Source: a virus
Strand: one strand, 5' to 3'
Length of the DNA stretch: 64,000 nucleotides
IMG/VR virus record: IMGVR_UViG_3300003702_000965
Location: 1-64,000 of that record
The notes under the pieces are model-generated. The model was not told the origin of the DNA. It did not search any database and was given only the letters and a program-made list of their open reading frames with translations. Below, in pieces: positions 1 to 8,892 of this stretch. The first letter of the stretch is position 1. Each line of letters starts with the position of its first letter. A program made the translations under genes and the position numbers.

Positions 1-2400
1 AAAGGACAAACTGGTGCACAAGGAGGAACGGGCGCGCAAGGTGGAACAGGTCCAACTGGTCCTAAAGGACAAAAAGGCGCGACTGGTGCACAAGGTGGAA
101 CAGGTGCTCAAGGCGCTAAAGGTGCAACCGGTGCACAAGGCGGAACTGGTCCGCAAGGAGCTAAAGGTCAAAAAGGTCAAAAAGGTGCAACTGGTGGAAC
201 AGGCCCAACAGGCGCACAAGGTCCTAAAGGACAAAAAGGTCAAACTGGTGCACAAGGTCCAACAGGCGCGCAAGGCGCTAAAGGTCAGAAAGGTCAGAAG
301 GGAATTGAAGGTAAGGGAAATAATATAACATGGGTTGTTACTGGCAGTACTGCTGTAATTTCAGATGATAATCAGGATTTTACCAGATCTGGCGGTGGTA
401 GTGGTTGGACCTTGGGAATTGGTTCGGTTGAAAAATGGCAAAGTTCTGGCGGTTCAATAGGCGCAACGCTTAGTTTTAAAGCTTACGGCGCTAGCGGTCA
501 GTATATTATGATCGGATTTACTGACACCGTTACGACCTCAAGCGGCGCTTATGGTGACATTGATTTTGCTTGGTATTTAAATAACACTAGCTCAAACATA
601 TACGAAAATGGAAGTAGTATTGGAAACTTTGGAGGTTTTGTAAACGGTACCCAATTTGATATTGTATATGATGGATATAATGTTAGATATTATATGGACG
701 GCACATTAAAGAGAACGGTTGCTAGAGGCGACTTTACTTTTTACATAGACTCTAGTCTTTACAATAACACCAACATGGTTAAAGACATCCATTTCAGTCT
801 TCATGGTGCCAAAGGCCAGAAAGGTCAGAAGGGTGCAACAGGTGCACAAGGTCCGCAAGGGGCACAAGGTCCGCAAGGTGCCAAAGGTCAGAAAGGTCAG
901 AAGGGTACAACTGGTGCACAGGGTCCAACAGGCGCGCAAGGGCCTAAAGGACAAAAAGGCGCAACTGGTGGAACAGGTCCAACAGGCGCTCAAGGAGCTA
1001 AAGGTGCAACCGGTGCACAAGGCGGAACTGGTCCGCAAGGTGGTACTGGTCCGCAAGGAGCCAAAGGTCAAAAAGGTCAAAAAGGCGTAACTGGTGGAAC
1101 AGGCCCAACAGGCGCGCAAGGGCCTAAAGGACAAAAAGGTGCAACTGGTGCACAAGGCGGAACTGGTCCGCAAGGTGGGCAGGGTCCGCAAGGAGCTAAA
1201 GGTCAAAAAGGACAAACTGGTGCACAAGGTGGAACGGGTGCGCAAGGTGGAACAGGTCCAACTGGTCCTAAAGGGCAAAAAGGACAAACTGGTGCACAAG
1301 GTGGAACTGGTGGAACAGGTCCAACAGGTGCGCAAGGGCCTAAAGGACAAAAGGGTGCAACTGGTGGAACAGGTCCACAAGGTGGAACAGGCGCTCAAGG
1401 CGCTAAAGGTGCAACTGGTGCGCAAGGTGGAACGGGTGCGCAAGGTGGAACAGGTCCAACTGGTCCTAAAGGGCAAAAAGGGGCAACTGGTGCACAAGGT
1501 GGAACTGGTGGAACAGGTCCAACAGGTGCGCAAGGGCCTAAAGGACAAAAAGGTGCAACTGGTGCACAAGGTGGAACAGGTGCACAAGGTGGAACAGGTC
1601 CGCAAGGTGGAACAGGTCCGCAAGGAGCTAAAGGCGCAACAGGTTCACAAGGAGGAACAGGCTCGCAAGGTGGAGCAGGCCCGACAGGTCCTAAAGGACA
1701 AAAAGGACAAACTGGTTCAACTGGTTCGCAAGGAGGGTCAGGCCCACAAGGTGCGACAGGGCCTAAAGGCCAAAAAGGTCAAACTGGTTCAACTGGTTCA
1801 AGTGGTGGAAGTGGTCCTACTGGTCCTAAAGGTCAAAAAGGTGCGGGCGGCGGCGCGACTTGGACTAACACTGTACCTTCTCCTTACTATGTCGATTTTT
1901 ATACTTCTAGTCCGTATAATCCGAGTACTAATTACGGGAGGTTATACGGTTCGGGCTATGCTACTTTGCCTTATTGGAAAAGTTATTCCTCCGCATATAC
2001 TGTATATATTTACTCTGACGAGAGGATTAAAGAAAACATTACTACCTTCGATAAGTCTGTAGCATCAGCTTGGGTTAAAGGCACTGCTATATACAATTTC
2101 ACATTTAGAGAAGATTCCGGCGGAGTAGATGCTGTAGAACTTTATGGAGAAGGATATTCAAAAGACGTACCCAGAATTGGGTTCATGGCTCATGAAGTAA
2201 TAGCAACCATAACTGTTGACGGAAAAAGTCCAAACAACTTAGCGTCGGGAGAAAGGAACGCTGTTGACGAGGAAGGAAAAGTCCTTGGCCAACAAGTTGA
2301 CGAAGGTCGACTGGTGCCAATATTGTGGGCCGCTTTGCAAGATTCCATAGCGAGAATAGAAACTTTAGAGACGAAAGTAACAGCCTTAGAGAATAGTTAA
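1..2400 (+). CDS. Collagen-like tail fibre with C-terminal peptidase S74 intramolecular chaperone (5'-truncated)
   Basis: Frame 1 is open from base 1 ([10 protein letters not shown]...) to TAA at 2398-2400, so the track start at 412 is internal. Two Gly-X-Y blocks flank a beta-rich globular domain (~310-804). The C-terminus has [10 protein letters not shown]...IGFMAHEV...[11 protein letters not shown] plus a coiled coil, typical of S74 chaperones. Confidence 0.9.
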   Translation, partial: KGQTGAQGGTGAQGGTGPTGPKGQKGATGAQGGTGAQGAKGATGAQGGTGPQGAKGQKGQKGATGGTGPTGAQGPKGQKGQTGAQGPTGAQGAKGQKGQKGIEGKGNNITWVVTGSTAVISDDNQDFTRSGGGSGWTLGIGSVEKWQSSGGSIGATLSFKAYGASGQYIMIGFTDTVTTSSGAYGDIDFAWYLNNTSSNIYENGSSIGNFGGFVNGTQFDIVYDGYNVRYYMDGTLKRTVARGDFTFYIDSSLYNNTNMVKDIHFSLHGAKGQKGQKGATGAQGPQGAQGPQGAKGQKGQKGTTGAQGPTGAQGPKGQKGATGGTGPTGAQGAKGATGAQGGTGPQGGTGPQGAKGQKGQKGVTGGTGPTGAQGPKGQKGATGAQGGTGPQGGQGPQGAKGQKGQTGAQGGTGAQGGTGPTGPKGQKGQTGAQGGTGGTGPTGAQGPKGQKGATGGTGPQGGTGAQGAKGATGAQGGTGAQGGTGPTGPKGQKGATGAQGGTGGTGPTGAQGPKGQKGATGAQGGTGAQGGTGPQGGTGPQGAKGATGSQGGTGSQGGAGPTGPKGQKGQTGSTGSQGGSGPQGATGPKGQKGQTGSTGSSGGSGPTGPKGQKGAGGGATWTNTVPSPYYVDFYTSSPYNPSTNYGRLYGSGYATLPYWKSYSSAYTVYIYSDERIKENITTFDKSVASAWVKGTAIYNFTFREDSGGVDAVELYGEGYSKDVPRIGFMAHEVIATITVDGKSPNNLASGERNAVDEEGKVLGQQVDEGRLVPILWAALQDSIARIETLETKVTALENS
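4..309 (+). repeat. Collagen Gly-X-Y block 1 (34 triplets, open at window edge)
   Basis: Uninterrupted [18 protein letters not shown]... triplets read directly. Confidence 0.95.
805..1839 (+). repeat. Collagen Gly-X-Y block 2 (115 uninterrupted triplets)
   Basis: Runs from [12 protein letters not shown] to GPK GQK; 1035 nt with a recurring GPKGQKG unit. Confidence 0.95.
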
Positions 2401-2405
2401 TTAAA

Positions 2406-2912
2406 ATGAAAGTTGTAGATATAGCGGACGAAATATATAGAGAATTGGGGTCTCCTACCGATTTGTCTATTCCTGCGGTAACCTATTGGGTTAGAGCTAA
2501 CGTCGGGGCTTTGAACAATAAAATTTCGACCAGTTTCATTATTCACGAAACGACATTAGAAATAGATCAAAAAGAAAAGAACAGCACCACCACTAGGCGA
2601 ATAAATGCGGATGAATCTGCCATTTTGAAGAAAATGTATATGTTGCATTATTACGATGGACAACTTAGAAAAAATTTAAATACGCTAGGAACAGATACGG
2701 TATTATCCGTTACAGACGATGGATCTAGCGTCACAAAAATAAACAGGAACGAAGTGAACAAGGTAATCTCGCAAGTCAGGAGACAGGAGTCCCTAGAACT
2801 CAACGACCTTGTAAACGGATATAAAACATCTTACGCTAGACCGGTTCAAGTTGTAGGGGACGATGCAAGCTCTCCGGCATCTAACTTAACTTCCTCCAGC
2901 AGAATAGGTTAG
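2406..2912 (+). CDS. Putative head-tail adaptor/neck protein
   Basis: 168 aa, helical; first of four small genes before the tail tube. Function from gene order only. Confidence 0.5.
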   Translation: MKVVDIADEIYRELGSPTDLSIPAVTYWVRANVGALNNKISTSFIIHETTLEIDQKEKNSTTTRRINADESAILKKMYMLHYYDGQLRKNLNTLGTDTVLSVTDDGSSVTKINRNEVNKVISQVRRQESLELNDLVNGYKTSYARPVQVVGDDASSPASNLTSSSRIG

Positions 2913-2916
2913 AACT

Positions 2917-3360
2917 ATGCCGAGTCTGATTTCATCAACTGAAAAAACTAATCTTACAACTATATTTACGGATATATTTGACACCTTCAAGAGAGTCATC
3001 ACTATACATAAAGAGCCTAAAAAAATAATAACATCAATAAACGAAAGCGCGCTTTTCGGCTACAAAGATTCCTCTAATATAGTAAACTATGCTTACGAGC
3101 CTGTTTCCTCATCCTTCTACGCTACGGTGAGATACATTGAGGCGGCTAGGGATGACGTGTTCGCGCAAAATTTTAATTCTTACGTGGAAGGAACAGTCGT
3201 AAGGATAAAGGTCCAACAAGCAACAAAAGAATATATAGAAGACGGCCCGAACGAAAAAGTAACTTTCGACGATAGATGTTTCGAGATAATTGGAAATGAT
3301 ACGGTGAAAAAGTTTTTAGATTCGACTTTTTATGTTTATTATTTAAAGGAGACGGGATAA
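2917..3360 (+). CDS. Putative head-closure protein
   Basis: 147 aa, beta-rich C-terminus (EKVTFDDRCFEIIG...YVYYLKE); position in neck module. Confidence 0.5.
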   Translation: MPSLISSTEKTNLTTIFTDIFDTFKRVITIHKEPKKIITSINESALFGYKDSSNIVNYAYEPVSSSFYATVRYIEAARDDVFAQNFNSYVEGTVVRIKVQQATKEYIEDGPNEKVTFDDRCFEIIGNDTVKKFLDSTFYVYYLKETG

Positions 3361-3977
3361 TGGCTATAATTAACATGAACAATATAAAAAGAAAAATAGC
3401 CGTTTCACCGGGCGTGATAAGAAAGACTAACGCGGTATTAAGAAAACGCTTTGAAGCCGCTGAAGCCGCCTATATGAAAGAATTTGAAAATAGTAAAATC
3501 ACTCAAGAGCTAGAAGGCGGAGTTCAATCAGGAAACTCATCAGGGACTTTGGGTTCATATGGAAATCTTTTTACGTTTATGGGATTTTCATCTGGTTCAA
3601 AACCTATTTCTACTCTAAGGAGGGTCCTGAAAGCGGGATTTAAGATGAGCAAAGGGAAAGTGTCTAGGACTAAGCTTAGGACTTATGTTTTTAGTTTTCC
3701 GGGAGTAGATTATCTGAGACGCAATACTAGTACATTATATATGCCTTTTGAGAGAGGTAGAAATTGGGTCCTAGCAATTGAGCAAGGGATTTCTGGATTT
3801 AGTTTTTACATGAATAAAAAGTGGAAAGGAGATGGCGCTAGATCTGGTCATGGAGTTCAGATAGAAAACAAAATAAGTCAAGGTAGAGGTACGTCGACCT
3901 TTAAGCGGACTAGATACAGAACCATATTCGAAAAAGCTTTTACGGATAAAATCAAAGAAAAGAAGAATCGAGCGTAA
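3360..3977 (+). CDS. Putative neck/tail-completion protein (basic)
   Basis: 205 aa, Lys/Arg-rich, TAATG-coupled on both sides; position in neck module. Confidence 0.45.
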   Translation: MAIINMNNIKRKIAVSPGVIRKTNAVLRKRFEAAEAAYMKEFENSKITQELEGGVQSGNSSGTLGSYGNLFTFMGFSSGSKPISTLRRVLKAGFKMSKGKVSRTKLRTYVFSFPGVDYLRRNTSTLYMPFERGRNWVLAIEQGISGFSFYMNKKWKGDGARSGHGVQIENKISQGRGTSTFKRTRYRTIFEKAFTDKIKEKKNRA

Positions 3978-4888
3978 TGGATGTACAATATGAGAATTCT
4001 TTAATGAGTAGTCTTTTGTTGTTCGTGGACAACAAAGTGCTCAAGAGAGGTAATGCTTATACGAACCATGGAGGCTATCTATATCCAGTAACAAATTCCT
4101 ATAGAGACTACGATGTGCTAGCTTCGCCGTTTAAACAACTCGTTTGTGACGTCAGTGTTACGGGCGCAGTTGTGATGTCTGGAGTTTATTACGATACTTC
4201 AACCCCAACAAGCGCCACTTTCGATGGGAGAGTTCACAACCAACATAAATTCATAAAAGTCGGGACGAGTGGATTTAACGCCATTGATCACTCCGAAGGT
4301 TCTGTTTATTTTGATTCTGGAAACTTTGTTAATCCCGGGAGTTATAGGCTTAGTGGGAATTATTCTGTAAAGGACTTTAACGTATACATAACTCAGGAAA
4401 ATGAAGAAGATCTTTTATTCGAAAAGCAGTTTTTCTTAAAACCCAAAGCTGCACAGACAGTTACTGGATTACCGCCAGATGCAGAGCCATATCCATCGAT
4501 TTTTCTAAAGTCAATGTCCAGCAGTAATGAGCCATTTGCTTTCGGAGGTTTGGACAACACGAAAGTTATTGCAAGGGCTATAGTTTTGTCGGATTCGGCC
4601 TATAAAATGGACGCCGTATGTTCGATTCTCAGAGATACCGCGAGAGATTACGTCCCGTTAATGACGAAAGAGGAGCTTCCTTTTATGGCTCATGGAGGAC
4701 TGACTGGATTGGAGTACAACTATGACACCTTAAAAGCTAATAAAATTGCAAGTCAGAGTGGGGTTTATATAACTGATGTGAGTGTTTCCAAGAACGTAGC
4801 GAGGTCAAGTGATTTTAAAAACCTAAATACTAATGTTTTCACGGCTTTTGTTGACTTCGAAATGGAACATCCGAGATACCCAAGATAA
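3977..4888 (+). CDS. Putative tail terminator protein
   Basis: 303 aa directly upstream of the tail tube; YPSIFL motif and terminal beta strand (FTAFVDFEME). Confidence 0.45.
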   Translation: MDVQYENSLMSSLLLFVDNKVLKRGNAYTNHGGYLYPVTNSYRDYDVLASPFKQLVCDVSVTGAVVMSGVYYDTSTPTSATFDGRVHNQHKFIKVGTSGFNAIDHSEGSVYFDSGNFVNPGSYRLSGNYSVKDFNVYITQENEEDLLFEKQFFLKPKAAQTVTGLPPDAEPYPSIFLKSMSSSNEPFAFGGLDNTKVIARAIVLSDSAYKMDAVCSILRDTARDYVPLMTKEELPFMAHGGLTGLEYNYDTLKANKIASQSGVYITDVSVSKNVARSSDFKNLNTNVFTAFVDFEMEHPRYPR

Positions 4889-4948
4889 TAAAAAACTTCT
4901 CATTTCACGGAAAAAAATGTAAATAACAATACATCGAGGATTTAGAAA

Positions 4949-6532
4949 ATGGCTAGAAATAGAGTAATTTATCAAAGTGAGGCACTGTTTGTGGGACCCG
5001 ATTCAACAAGTGGCCATTATTCAGTACCCGTAGACGTGACGGTAAATCGTCTTGCGGGCGCGACACAAACCGCAGGTACAATTAGGTTGACTACTTCTAA
5101 GGTGAGCAGCTCGACTGATTTCGCTGATCTCAATACTGTTGTTAAGATGTCTGGAATCTATACGAAGCCGCAAGGGCAACCTTCTAGTCCATTTGCGCCC
5201 GGAGCGACGGTAAGATTCGATTATTCCACTATTAACGCGGCGTTTGGGGCGATAGCAGCTACTGACGGAGGAGTTGCTCCTCATACTCATAGTGCGACTA
5301 GACTCGTAAGAGCTTTTCCCGCTTCAGGTTCTGAGCTTGGTTTTTATGATGGGAACGCCACAGCGAGGGTCAACAGTCAGGATGGAGCGACTGGAATTGC
5401 TTTAATGCTTCCTCACCCGCTGACTTCTATTCCTTTTTCTGGTCATTCAGGTACAGCCGCTCAAGGACTTCTTAATGCTTGGGGATTTACTGGTTGGATT
5501 CCGGTAACCAATAGAGTTAAGCAGCTTATCAGAGTTCAAAGCGCAAACTATGGTTTTGACATCGGCAGAACAGACGTTAATCAATTTGGCAACCTAGCCG
5601 CTATTGACAGAATCATTCTCGAGCAGCCCACTGTTAGTTTGGACTTTTCGTACCTTTTGTCTTCCGGACAGAACGAAGAGCGTCTTGGATTTGGCGTTAA
5701 GAACGAAAACTCAGCTGTTGGTAACTTCTTAAGTGGAATTGGAGATTCAAGAAATTACTGGATTTACGTGGCGGACGAAGGTAATGATGCCAATAATCCG
5801 GGCGCTGCTAATCACGCTAAGGCCAAATCAATTGGTATTGGAAACGCGTTCCTTACGTCTTACACCTCGGAAGGCGCTGTTGGTGATTTCCCGACCGCTA
5901 GTCTAAATGCTGAAGCGCTTAATATGCGTTTCTACGTCAAGAATAGTGGAGATAATCCGGCTGTTGAACCCGTGAACGGCAAAAACTATAGTGGCTCATT
6001 CCAGTTGCCGACTCCCATGAAGTGGCATAGTGGTTATAATGCTTCTGTTGATTCGCTGGAGCCCACAGCTCTTAGGCCCGGTGATGTCACGATGACGCTC
6101 ACGAATAAAGGCACTAAGGGTGTTCTAGTCACTGATTTGAAATTGCAGAGCTTTTCTTTCAATTTTGATTTAGGAAGAGAGCCTCTGCAAAAACTTGGAA
6201 GTAAGTTTGCTTTTTCCAGAGAGATTTCATTCCCTGTTACCGCAACAATGTCTGTGGACGCGGTTTTAGGAGAGGTTGAAGCTGGAAACTTGGCAGACGT
6301 TGTCGCTAGCGACACATCCGAGTATGACGTTGGCGTGAGAATAAACGCTCCCGGGACAACTACTAGAGCTATTGAATATACCCTTAAAGGCGCGAAACTG
6401 GAATCTCAAAGCTTTACCTCCTCTATTGGAGACAATAAGTCAGTATCTCTTGAATGGGCTTCTCAGGTTGGTGGTCCTCAGGACGTCACGCATGGTATCA
6501 AGATGCAAGTTCAGGATCACGACGCTTCGTAA
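4949..6532 (+). CDS. Major tail tube protein
   Basis: 527 aa, Gly/Ala/Ser/Thr-rich. Two tube-like repeats (RVQSANYGFDIGRTDVNQFG and KLQSFSFNFDLGREPLQKLG). Followed by a terminator, chaperone-like genes and the tape measure. Confidence 0.7.
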   Translation: MARNRVIYQSEALFVGPDSTSGHYSVPVDVTVNRLAGATQTAGTIRLTTSKVSSSTDFADLNTVVKMSGIYTKPQGQPSSPFAPGATVRFDYSTINAAFGAIAATDGGVAPHTHSATRLVRAFPASGSELGFYDGNATARVNSQDGATGIALMLPHPLTSIPFSGHSGTAAQGLLNAWGFTGWIPVTNRVKQLIRVQSANYGFDIGRTDVNQFGNLAAIDRIILEQPTVSLDFSYLLSSGQNEERLGFGVKNENSAVGNFLSGIGDSRNYWIYVADEGNDANNPGAANHAKAKSIGIGNAFLTSYTSEGAVGDFPTASLNAEALNMRFYVKNSGDNPAVEPVNGKNYSGSFQLPTPMKWHSGYNASVDSLEPTALRPGDVTMTLTNKGTKGVLVTDLKLQSFSFNFDLGREPLQKLGSKFAFSREISFPVTATMSVDAVLGEVEAGNLADVVASDTSEYDVGVRINAPGTTTRAIEYTLKGAKLESQSFTSSIGDNKSVSLEWASQVGGPQDVTHGIKMQVQDHDAS

Positions 6533-6567
6533 TTTCCCCATATCTCACAATTACTCATTGTGACCTT

Positions 6568-6597
6568 AAAGCCCTGCCGAAAAGCGGGGCTTTTTTC
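6568..6597 (+). terminator. Rho-independent terminator after tail tube gene
   Basis: aaaGCCCTGC-cgaaaa-GCGGGGCtttttt. Confidence 0.85.
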
Positions 6598-6647
6598 TTA
6601 TTTTGGTGTATATTATTTATAGGAGAAAGGCAGGTTGCAGGATAAGT

Positions 6648-6935
6648 ATGGATGCTGATCCAAAAAGGGTAAAGGAGTTGATGTCTTTTCAAATACATCG
6701 GAATATTGTTAATTTATACAAGAGGTATTTGAATCTTCTAGAAGACGTCAGAAGAGACCATATTTCGCTACTATCCAAAGTCGAAGGGAAAACCAACAAA
6801 GAGTTTGCCAAAAGTATAGACTACTTTGACGCTGAAAAGTATAATTACTACAGAAAAAAGGTCCTAGACTCAGGAAACGAAGTATTTAGGGACATAGAAA
6901 AAACATTAGAATATTTAGAAATTAGAATCAAATGA
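6648..6935 (+). CDS. Hypothetical helical protein
   Basis: ATG 6648 preferred over the track start 6603, which overlaps the GTGTAT motif and a purine-rich leader. Confidence 0.7.
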   Translation: MDADPKRVKELMSFQIHRNIVNLYKRYLNLLEDVRRDHISLLSKVEGKTNKEFAKSIDYFDAEKYNYYRKKVLDSGNEVFRDIEKTLEYLEIRIK

Positions 6936-7852
6936 AATGGGTACATGAATTCCAAGTAAATAGGACAAAAGAGGTCGAAATCTCCGAAACCAAGACTGGT
7001 GAAGAAGGAGAGGAAATAACGACGAAAAGAAAAGAGGAAAAGGTCATTCCCGTCGATTTCGCCTTAAGAAAACCGAACAGGAAAATATATGATGATGCGG
7101 AGTTATTTTATGGAGTCACCTTGTCCAAAGGCATAAAGGCTGGTCTGCTCACAAAAACACAACTAGCCAAAAGATATGATAATGATGGAGGCCCATTCTC
7201 GAATGATCAAAAAACAAAATACTCGGTTTTGATGTTGAACTCGTTCGAAAAAGAAAATGAAATTCAAAAATTTCAGCTGAATTTAGACAGCTTACCCGAA
7301 AGCGAAAAATCAGAAAAACTAACACAATCTCTTATGGAGTTAACAGAGTTAAGAGCTGAGATGAGGGATTTTGAGGTTTTTCACGCCGCTATATTCGACC
7401 AAACAGCCGAAGGTAGAGCGAAAAACATGGTGATTATGTGGTGGGTTTTAAATGTTGCCTACTGGAAGAAGGAAGAAGGAGAAGAGTTCGCGCCGCTTTT
7501 TGAGGGTTTAAATTTCGAAGATAAGTTGGATTTTTACGACGAAATGGAGGAAAAGGAAGATTCGTTTTGGGACGAAGTGATTAGTAAATTAGCTTATTTT
7601 ATAGGATTTTGGTATAACGGAAAAGCTTCTACTCCAGAGGAATTTAAGCAGATCGAAAAATATTTCAACGCCGGAGTGAAAGAAAATGAAGAAGACTCGG
7701 AAGAGCCAGAAGAGCTAGAAGAGCCCAAAGAACCCGAAGATCTAGAGGATATAAATTGGAAGCCTGAAAAGCCCAAAGAACCAGAAAAGCCCAAAGAACC
7801 AGAAGAGCCCCAAAAACAAGACGACAAAGGACAGTCTGACGAGAAAAATTGA
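6932..7852 (+). CDS. Putative tail assembly chaperone with acidic EPEKPK-repeat tail
   Basis: 306 aa between tube and tape measure; ATGA-coupled; low-complexity EEPKEPE/EKPKEPE repeats at ~7700-7812. Confidence 0.55.
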   Translation: MKWVHEFQVNRTKEVEISETKTGEEGEEITTKRKEEKVIPVDFALRKPNRKIYDDAELFYGVTLSKGIKAGLLTKTQLAKRYDNDGGPFSNDQKTKYSVLMLNSFEKENEIQKFQLNLDSLPESEKSEKLTQSLMELTELRAEMRDFEVFHAAIFDQTAEGRAKNMVIMWWVLNVAYWKKEEGEEFAPLFEGLNFEDKLDFYDEMEEKEDSFWDEVISKLAYFIGFWYNGKASTPEEFKQIEKYFNAGVKENEEDSEEPEELEEPKEPEDLEDINWKPEKPKEPEKPKEPEEPQKQDDKGQSDEKN

Positions 7853-8859
7853 AAGACGAAATAAGCAGGCTCAGACATCTTTATAAAGATATTATCAATG
7901 GGTATTCATACGTACCAGAAGGCAAAATTTATGTAAGGCATCTCAAGGAAAAGGACGTTGGGGAAATCGAGGAGAAAAGGCTGAACCTAAAAAGGCAAGC
8001 AATGGAAGAGGGGCTTGAAGATGAAGATGAAAAAATTAAGCTTTTAATAGAAAATGAAATATGGTCGTATGAAAAAGAGAACGACATAAATAAGCTCAAA
8101 GGAGAAATCGAAACACTTCAAGAGACCAGAGGAAAACTGGTTTTAGGCAAGCAAATCAAACAAATCAAAAGCAAAATAAAGAAAAAGGAAAAGCTATATT
8201 CTGACCTAATGAACGAAAGGGTCTCTCAGGTAGGTTTCACGGCAGAAACTTACTCCGACAAAAAGATCAACGAAGAAGTAGTAAGAGTTTTATTTTCCAA
8301 AGACAAGGAACTTTCAACCCCATTTTTCTCTAAAGAGGAATTCGAAGAGTTAAGCACTCCAGATTTGGACGCCTACACCACGTTATATACATCAGTAAAC
8401 TTACAATATTCGGAGAAAATAATAAAGAAAATATCGATATGTCCGTTTTTTTTGAATGCCTTTTTTGTGTGTGAGAATAATTCTAACCAGTTTTTTGGAA
8501 AACCGGTAGTAGAGCTTACCAATTATCAAATAGATGTATTTTCTTACGGAAGATATTTTAAGGGGATTATGGCTGAATGCGAAAGGCCCCCCAAGGATTT
8601 GCATGATGACCCAGAAAAACTTATTGAATATTATGAACTAGCTAGAAGATCTAAGGAAGCCAAAGAAAAGAGGCAAAGCGGAAGCAACAAACAAAGTGAA
8701 TTTATGGGGTCCACTGTATTTGGAGCCTCTAAGGAAGAGCTTGTATCTATAGCGGGAGGAGAAGGAGGCGGTGGCGAATTAGTAGATTTATCTAGGGAAG
8801 TAGAAGGTTCCGGAAAGGATTTGGGTTTAAATGAGTTTCTGAAAATGCATAAGAAATAG
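7849..8859 (+). CDS. Putative second tail assembly chaperone
   Basis: 336 aa coiled-coil protein with TTGA overlap start, directly before the tape measure. Confidence 0.55.
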   Translation: MKDEISRLRHLYKDIINGYSYVPEGKIYVRHLKEKDVGEIEEKRLNLKRQAMEEGLEDEDEKIKLLIENEIWSYEKENDINKLKGEIETLQETRGKLVLGKQIKQIKSKIKKKEKLYSDLMNERVSQVGFTAETYSDKKINEEVVRVLFSKDKELSTPFFSKEEFEELSTPDLDAYTTLYTSVNLQYSEKIIKKISICPFFLNAFFVCENNSNQFFGKPVVELTNYQIDVFSYGRYFKGIMAECERPPKDLHDDPEKLIEYYELARRSKEAKEKRQSGSNKQSEFMGSTVFGASKEELVSIAGGEGGGGELVDLSREVEGSGKDLGLNEFLKMHKK

Positions 8860-8892
8860 TGTAATAGAGTTGTGTAAGGCAAAAGGCTTGAT

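Noticed and set aside
1-1839. Repeats as a CRISPR array or non-coding tandem repeat
   Set aside because: 9-nt periodic coding repeats with synonymous variation and no unique spacers.
14-2062. ORFs 14-328, 803-1090, 1094-2062 (+) and 706-1623 (-)
   Set aside because: Off-frame and antisense shadows of the stop-poor collagen repeat.
7837-7852. Lambda G/GT-type -1 frameshift between the two chaperone genes
   Set aside because: The downstream gene is in the -1 frame, but that frame has a stop at 7837-7839 and G-AAA-AAT is not a canonical slippery heptamer; TTGA coupling explains the overlap.
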